Part shown: positions 32,766 through 38,341 of the stretch, in pieces
How positions within the stretch are numbered: the first letter of the stretch is position 1
How the letters are laid out: each line of letters starts with the position of its first letter
Assembly: GCA_037441705.1 (NCBI GenBank)
Contig: JBBIRR010000037.1
Coordinates: 1-38,341 of the forward strand
Length of the DNA stretch: 38,341 nt
Origin: Ignavibacteriales bacterium
Lineage (GTDB): Bacteria; Bacteroidota; Ignavibacteria; UBA10030; UBA6906
Direction of reading: 5' to 3'
Made by a program: the position numbers and the translations under genes
Notes under the pieces: generated by a model
What the model saw: the letters and a program-made list of their open reading frames with translations, nothing else
Told to the model about the DNA's origin: nothing
Database searches by the model: none

Positions 32766-35700
32766 ATGAAACGCCTTACACTGACGCTTGCTATCATCTG
32801 TGCATTTGTAGCTCTCAGCGGTGCAGCTGTTGAGACGTACAAGCAAATCAGAATCGTTGTTCCTGACCAATCAACCCTCGAACGCATTTGGGCAACCGGC
32901 ATTGACCGTGAAGGATCGTCGGGCAAAGTGGGCGGCGCGATGGAGTTTGTCGCCGGGGAGTTTGAACTGAATGCGCTTGCGCGCGCCGGCATTCCATACG
33001 AAGTCGTGATCGGAGATCTCTCCCGGCACTATGAACGGCAGCTCACGTCCTGGCCCTTCAACGCGCTCGGCTTCGGGTTGGGAAGCATGGGCGGGCACTA
33101 CACGTTGCAGGAGGTCATACAGCAACTGGATTCGATGCGCTTGCTCTATCCCAACCTCATCGCCGCCCGCGATTCGATCGGACGCTCGCAGCAGGGACGC
33201 GCAATCTGGGCAGTGAAGATCGGCAGCAGCCAGAGTGCGGGCAAGCCCGAGGTGCTGTACACGGCCTTGCATCATGCACGTGAGCCGCAGGGGATGATGT
33301 CGGTGATGTACTACATGTGGTGGCTGCTGGAAAACTACGCGACCAATCCGGAGGCAGCCTACCTCGTTGATCATCGGCAGCAGTGGTTCATTCCGGTGGT
33401 GAACCCGGACGGCTATGAATACAATCGCACGACCAACCCCAACGGCGGCGGCATGTGGCGCAAGAACAGACGCGACAACGGCAGCGGTATCTACGGCGTT
33501 GACCTCAACAGAAACTACGGTCCCTACTACATGTGGAACGCCAACAACGGCGGGTCGAGCACCATTCCCAGCAGCGACACGTACCGAGGGCCGGCACACT
33601 TCTCCGAACCGGAGACCCAGGCCATTGACAATTTCATGCGCGCACACAATATCAAGTCGTGCCTCAACTATCACACGTTCGGCAACTATCTGATCTATCC
33701 GTGGGGATATCTCTCGCGCGAGAACGGCGATTCGCTCATCTACCGCGATTGGGCGTACGATATGACGGCGGTGAATCGCTTCACGAACGGAACGGACCAA
33801 CAAACAGTTTCCTATTCCACACGCGGCAACTCGGATGACTACATGTTCGGCGACACGACCAAGCCCATCACCTACACAATGACGCCGGAAGTAGGAACAG
33901 GTGAAGAAGGCGGCTTCTGGCCTCCCTCAACGTTGATTCTGCCTCTCGCCGTCAAAACTCTTCCCATGAACAAACGACTTGCGTACATAGCGGGCCACTT
34001 CACCACCGTGGTGTCGTACACCATTCAGGACGCGGGCGGAAACGGCTTCCTCAACCGCGGAGAGAGTTTTGGGTTGATGGTGCGAGTGAAGAACAAGGGC
34101 CTTTCGTCGGGCAACGCCGTCTCCGTGCTGGCAACAACCAATCTTCCCACCGTGCAGATGTCCGGCGCACCGGTCGTAATCAGTCCCAGCCCGCAGCAAG
34201 AAGTTCAGGTCAATCTCAGCGGAACGGTTTCGTTCAACGCAACGGAGGGCGTCCCTCTCCACTTCTACATCTCCATCACCGACGCACAAGGTTATCAGAA
34301 GATCGACACGCTGAAGACATTCCTCGGCACGCCGTCAGTTCTGCTTGCCGACAGTGCAAACTCCGGCATGACCAACTGGACGGGCGGATGGGGACTCACG
34401 GCAAACGCACACACGCCCCCTTTTGCGTTCACCGATAGTCCAACCGGGCCCTATGCGGCCAACGCCAACAACTCAATGACAATGCTGTCTCAGATCAATC
34501 TGACGAATTATGATTACGCAGAGTTGAAATTCTGGACAAAGTGGGCGATCGAGCCGACATGGGATTTCGGGACGGTGGAGATTTCGACGAACAACGGATC
34601 GAGCTGGACGGTGCTCAGAACCGAGCTGTCGCATCCCGGTTCGGCGCGCAGCGGAAGCGTACAGCCTGCCGGCTCCTGGGGCTTTGATAGCTACACGCCC
34701 GGCGGCACGTGGCTGGAACAATCGGTCGATCTCTCATCGTATGTCAACCGCCAGATCAAGATTCGATTTCGGATGGCTTCGGACGGCAGCGACCAACGGG
34801 ATGGGTTCTATGTTGATGACGTTCGCATCTACGGCTACACCTTTGCTCCGCCGCCCGATACCGGCATCCTCGTTCAGCCCGGTGCATTCCTGTTCAACGG
34901 GCCGATCGGAAGGGTGTTCGTTGATTCGATCAAGATCAAGAACATGACCGGCTCGCCCGCCACGATAACCCTTGCCGAGTCTCTCATCACTCCGGCCCTT
35001 CGACCGGGCGCCAACCGGACGAGTGGCACACTCAAGGTCCAGGAGCTGATTCAGCGCTTGCGTCCTGCGTTTCAGCGAGCCGGCATCACACGTGCATCGC
35101 TGCAGCGAACCGACGAACCGCCCAACGGCCCGAACGCGTACACGACCATCCTTACCGATGAGCGCGGAGAAATGGGTCTCGGTGCCGCGGATATCTTTCG
35201 TGTGCAGTATCAGTATCGGACCTCTCCCCTCGGCAACTTCCATGATTTCAGAATCGTCATGGGCGCGCTGGCAGATACAAATGTGGTGATTCTTCTTTCT
35301 GTTGATACGGATCAGGACTTCGGAACGGGAAGATTCCCTACACCCTTCGGCGTCGGGCCTACGTCGCGCGACATTGGATCGGAACGGGAAATCCTGATTG
35401 ATGCAAGCGGCATCATTGTGGATTCACTGATTGGACTGGGACGAATTCCGGCCGGTGTTGTGCTGAGTACCGAAAACGACACACTCACCGTTGTGGGCTT
35501 GCCTTTCCTCTTAAGCATCACGCGCGATAGTGTCCTGAACATCAGCACCGAGACGATCACAGGCGGAATCAACGCCACGGCGCTGAACGACCCCGATCGA
35601 AAGATGAACCTCGGTCTCGTGGCCACACACATCAGTCAGAACGCCAATCCCTTCCCCGACTTTGCTCCGGCAATCGGACATACAAATGTTGGAGGAGAGA

Positions 35701-36521
35701 CCGGCGTCTCGTGGCTGAGCCAGAGCCGCACGACTCTGACGCTCGCAAGTAATGACTCCGCATTCGTTCGGGTTACCGGCGTTGCCGCAACGCCTGCGGG
35801 AGTCTCCCATGCTGCCATCTCCGTTCAATCGCAGGGAAGGTTACCCGCCGCGATTCCAATCACCATGAACGTGTCGGCGGCGCCCCTTCCCTCGATCAGC
35901 ATTTCACCGGCGGCGATGCGGGACACGCTGGTTGTTGGCGACAGCGTGACCAACACGTTAACGATTGCAAACCTTGGCGCGGGCCAGTTGAACTTTCTCG
36001 TCCTTGATACGGCGCGTACGTCGTGGCTCTCCGTCTCGCCGTTAGGCGGCACGCTCGATTCGGGATTGACGACGCTTGTCTCCGTTCGTGTGCGCTCTGC
36101 CGGACTTCAGGTCGACACGACATACAACGCGACGCTGTTCGTCGTGAGCAATGATCCGTCGAACGCGACAACCCCCATACCCGTTACCCTCCGCGTACGC
36201 CGGCTCACCTCGGTGACCGAGCGTGGGGAACTTCCGCGCGTGTTTGCCTTGCACCAAAACTATCCGAACCCCTTCAACCCCGAGACGAACATCAGCTTCG
36301 ACCTGCCGGTGAATGCGTTCGTGACGTTGAAGGTGTTCAACCTCATCGGACAGGAGGTTGCGACGATTGTCAGCGCAGAGCTTGAGGCGGGGAGACATTC
36401 GTACAAAGTTGGGAAAGAGGTGTATGGACTCTCGAGCGGTGTGTATTTCTATCGCCTGCAGGCACGAGGCGTTCACGGGTCAAGCTACATCGCAACGCGC
36501 AAGCTCATGCTTCTCAAGTAA
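32766..36521 (+). CDS. M14 zinc carboxypeptidase (carboxypeptidase T-like) with accessory beta domains and T9SS type A CTD
   Basis: Signal peptide from ATG 32766; HHAREP (HxxE), NPDG, WRKNRR, GVDLNRN, FSEPET, NYHTFG, TPEVG; jelly-roll-like DFGTVEISTNNGSSW...GFYVDDV; HQNYPNPFNPET...RKLMLLK. Confidence 0.93.
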   Translation: MKRLTLTLAIICAFVALSGAAVETYKQIRIVVPDQSTLERIWATGIDREGSSGKVGGAMEFVAGEFELNALARAGIPYEVVIGDLSRHYERQLTSWPFNALGFGLGSMGGHYTLQEVIQQLDSMRLLYPNLIAARDSIGRSQQGRAIWAVKIGSSQSAGKPEVLYTALHHAREPQGMMSVMYYMWWLLENYATNPEAAYLVDHRQQWFIPVVNPDGYEYNRTTNPNGGGMWRKNRRDNGSGIYGVDLNRNYGPYYMWNANNGGSSTIPSSDTYRGPAHFSEPETQAIDNFMRAHNIKSCLNYHTFGNYLIYPWGYLSRENGDSLIYRDWAYDMTAVNRFTNGTDQQTVSYSTRGNSDDYMFGDTTKPITYTMTPEVGTGEEGGFWPPSTLILPLAVKTLPMNKRLAYIAGHFTTVVSYTIQDAGGNGFLNRGESFGLMVRVKNKGLSSGNAVSVLATTNLPTVQMSGAPVVISPSPQQEVQVNLSGTVSFNATEGVPLHFYISITDAQGYQKIDTLKTFLGTPSVLLADSANSGMTNWTGGWGLTANAHTPPFAFTDSPTGPYAANANNSMTMLSQINLTNYDYAELKFWTKWAIEPTWDFGTVEISTNNGSSWTVLRTELSHPGSARSGSVQPAGSWGFDSYTPGGTWLEQSVDLSSYVNRQIKIRFRMASDGSDQRDGFYVDDVRIYGYTFAPPPDTGILVQPGAFLFNGPIGRVFVDSIKIKNMTGSPATITLAESLITPALRPGANRTSGTLKVQELIQRLRPAFQRAGITRASLQRTDEPPNGPNAYTTILTDERGEMGLGAADIFRVQYQYRTSPLGNFHDFRIVMGALADTNVVILLSVDTDQDFGTGRFPTPFGVGPTSRDIGSEREILIDASGIIVDSLIGLGRIPAGVVLSTENDTLTVVGLPFLLSITRDSVLNISTETITGGINATALNDPDRKMNLGLVATHISQNANPFPDFAPAIGHTNVGGETGVSWLSQSRTTLTLASNDSAFVRVTGVAATPAGVSHAAISVQSQGRLPAAIPITMNVSAAPLPSISISPAAMRDTLVVGDSVTNTLTIANLGAGQLNFLVLDTARTSWLSVSPLGGTLDSGLTTLVSVRVRSAGLQVDTTYNATLFVVSNDPSNATTPIPVTLRVRRLTSVTERGELPRVFALHQNYPNPFNPETNISFDLPVNAFVTLKVFNLIGQEVATIVSAELEAGRHSYKVGKEVYGLSSGVYFYRLQARGVHGSSYIATRKLMLLK

Positions 36522-36531
36522 GGCAAGCTCG

Positions 36532-37272
36532 ATGATCCCTCTTCGCGACACAATACCAAGCCGCAGCGTACCGGTTGTTACGTGGTCGCTCATCGCAATC
36601 AACTCTATGGTTTTCCTCTTCGAGCTTTCGCTTGCGCCCGAAGAGCTGGAAAGTTTCATCCGGCTCTTCGGCATGGTGCCGGCTCGCTACTCACATCCCG
36701 AGTGGGCAACGCGGGTGGGTTTTCCGGTAGATGACTACTGGCCGTTTCTGACCAGTATGTTCCTTCACGGCGGTTGGACTCACATCGTCGGCAACATGTG
36801 GACGCTCTGGATTTTCGGCGACAATGTCGAAGACAGAATGGGACGCGGACGTTTTCTTCTCTTTTACCTGCTCACGGGGATCGCTGCTGGGCTTACGCAT
36901 TGGTTCGCCCATCCCGAATCAACCGTACCGGTGGTTGGCGCATCGGGGGCAATTGCCGGAGTGCTCGGCGCATATTTTGTACTCTTCCCCCGCTCGCGCA
37001 TCATTGCCGTCTTTCCAGTGTTCTTCTACCCGTTCTTCTTCGAACTCCCGGCGGTAACCTACCTCATGTTCTGGTTTCTCAGCCAACTGATCAGCGGAAC
37101 ACTTGCGGGACTTGCGGACGGTAGTGTCGGCGGCATTGCATGGTGGGCACATATCGGCGGCTTCGTTGCAGGCATCATCCTTCTGCCGATCTTTGCCTCG
37201 CGTCGCAGACGAGGACGGCGCTGGGAGCGCGACGAGTACGGCATTGAAGGAGCGTGGCTTCGGTGGGAATAG
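36532..37272 (+). CDS. rhomboid-family intramembrane serine protease
   Basis: MIPLRD start, SMFLHGGWTHIVGNM, FGDNVEDRMG, catalytic GASG and AHIGG. The ORF-track extension overlaps the upstream gene and is rejected. Confidence 0.95.
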   Translation: MIPLRDTIPSRSVPVVTWSLIAINSMVFLFELSLAPEELESFIRLFGMVPARYSHPEWATRVGFPVDDYWPFLTSMFLHGGWTHIVGNMWTLWIFGDNVEDRMGRGRFLLFYLLTGIAAGLTHWFAHPESTVPVVGASGAIAGVLGAYFVLFPRSRIIAVFPVFFYPFFFELPAVTYLMFWFLSQLISGTLAGLADGSVGGIAWWAHIGGFVAGIILLPIFASRRRRGRRWERDEYGIEGAWLRWE

Positions 37273-37348
37273 GCACACGGGCGACGTCTCGGAAAGGGCT
37301 TGCAAGCTTCACGACAATCCCTTCGATACTTTTGTAAGGAGAAATGAG

Positions 37349-38194
37349 ATGGACATTGGACAGCTCATCTGGTTCTTTTTCGCTATCAGCGCGCTGCAGC
37401 CGGTGATCAAGCAGCGTCTGCTCGAAAGTTCTCGCCTGAGGCTGATTGCGCAGATCGAGCACAAGCGTAATTCGCGCGTCATCCTCCTGGTGCACCGTCA
37501 GGAAACCATGAGCCTTCTCGGATTTCCCGTCATGCGCTACATTGACATCAACGATGCGGAAGCCGTCATGCGCGGGTGCGAGCTGACCGACCCCGACGTA
37601 CCGCTGGACATTGTGCTGCATACGCCCGGGGGACTCGTTCTTGCCTCGCTGCAAATTGCGCGCGCGGTACGCAACCACAAAGGCAAAGTCACTGTCTTCG
37701 TTCCGCACTACGCGATGTCCGGCGGAACCCTTATCGCCCTTGCGGCGGATGAAATTGTTATGTCGCCGCATGCCGTCCTCGGTCCGGTCGATCCTCAACT
37801 CGGACAGTTCCCCGCTGCATCGCTGCTCAAAGTGGTTGCGCAAAAACCCATCGCCGAGGTGGACGATCAGACCCTCATTCTGGCCGACGTTGCCGAAAAG
37901 GCCGTGCGCCAGGTCCGGGCCAGCGTGAAAGACCTTCTCACGCGAACACAAACTCCAGAGCAAGCCGAGAAGTTAGCCGACCTGTTTTCCACCGGAACGT
38001 GGACGCATGACTACCCGATTACGTTCGAACAAGCCCAAGAGCTGGGCCTCAACGTTCGCTCCGATATGCCAGCCGACATTCTGCAGCTCATGAGTCTCTA
38101 CCCGCAGCCTGTACGACGGCAGCCGTCGGTCGAGTTCCTGCCTATACCGCGACGAGCCGAACGGACGGTACAAAAGAATGCTGCCTCGTTCTAA
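37349..38194 (+). CDS. SDH_sah/ClpP-like serine peptidase with N-terminal membrane anchor
   Basis: AAGGAG RBS before ATG 37349; LVHRQETMS, LHTPGG, YAMSGGTLIALAADEI, LGPVDPQ, WTHDYPI, LYPQP. Confidence 0.9.
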   Translation: MDIGQLIWFFFAISALQPVIKQRLLESSRLRLIAQIEHKRNSRVILLVHRQETMSLLGFPVMRYIDINDAEAVMRGCELTDPDVPLDIVLHTPGGLVLASLQIARAVRNHKGKVTVFVPHYAMSGGTLIALAADEIVMSPHAVLGPVDPQLGQFPAASLLKVVAQKPIAEVDDQTLILADVAEKAVRQVRASVKDLLTRTQTPEQAEKLADLFSTGTWTHDYPITFEQAQELGLNVRSDMPADILQLMSLYPQPVRRQPSVEFLPIPRRAERTVQKNAASF

Positions 38195-38218
38195 CTCCTC
38201 TTCGGTTCGTTGAAACAA

Positions 38219-38255
38219 ATTCGTGGGCAGAAAGTGATTGTTGACCGTCGACCTC
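38219..38255 (+). pseudogene. possible frameshifted relic of an ORF6N-domain gene
   Basis: Translates IRGQKVIVDR, then (+1 nt) DL, resembling the ORF6N N-terminal IRGQKVMLDxDL motif; no start codon or continuation. Confidence 0.35.
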
Positions 38256-38309
38256 TCCTGACTCATCGCCTGGTTTGATCGTCGGATGCAGGATGACCAT
38301 GCTTCCTCC

Positions 38310-38341
38310 GTCATGCTGAGCGCTGCTTTCCAAGCGCAAAG
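38310..38341. repeat. left end of a second GTCATnCTGAGC-type palindromic element, truncated by the window edge
   Basis: GTCATGCTGA-GCGCT...AGCGC-AAAG parallels GTCATTCTGA-GCCTC...GAGGC-GAAG read on the minus strand from 20479. Confidence 0.45.

Overview
A gene-dense chromosomal window from a bacterium with fairly high GC. It is most likely FCB-group, Ignavibacteria-like; this is inferred from three proteins ending in an NYPNPFNPxT...K(M/L)xLxK type IX secretion (T9SS) C-terminal domain and from dnaE-trxA linkage. From left to right it holds: an OmpR-family two-component system; a triple CTTAAG direct-repeat box; a T9SS-tagged multiheme cytochrome c (7 CxxCH + 1 CX3CH); trxA, dnaE and proS; a small membrane-anchored protein; a ~3000-aa T9SS surface protein with about 20 tandem Ig-like repeats; and tRNA-Arg(CCT). 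The tRNA is followed by a partial copy of itself whose anticodon loop is interrupted by 238 bp of nested palindromes. Next come nadD and a tightly coupled glycan operon (5 glycosyltransferases, 3 methyltransferases, Wzx flippase, no Wzy) headed by a CNNM/CorC gene, then bioY, a T9SS M14 carboxypeptidase, a rhomboid and an SDH/ClpP-like protease. The best candidates for undescribed biology are (1) a regulated T9SS-exported multiheme cytochrome, (2) a tRNA-anticodon-targeted nested palindromic element, and (3) a possible Bacteroidota-type protein O-glycosylation locus with sequon-rich substrates nearby. All family calls come from motifs read by eye; no database searches were run.
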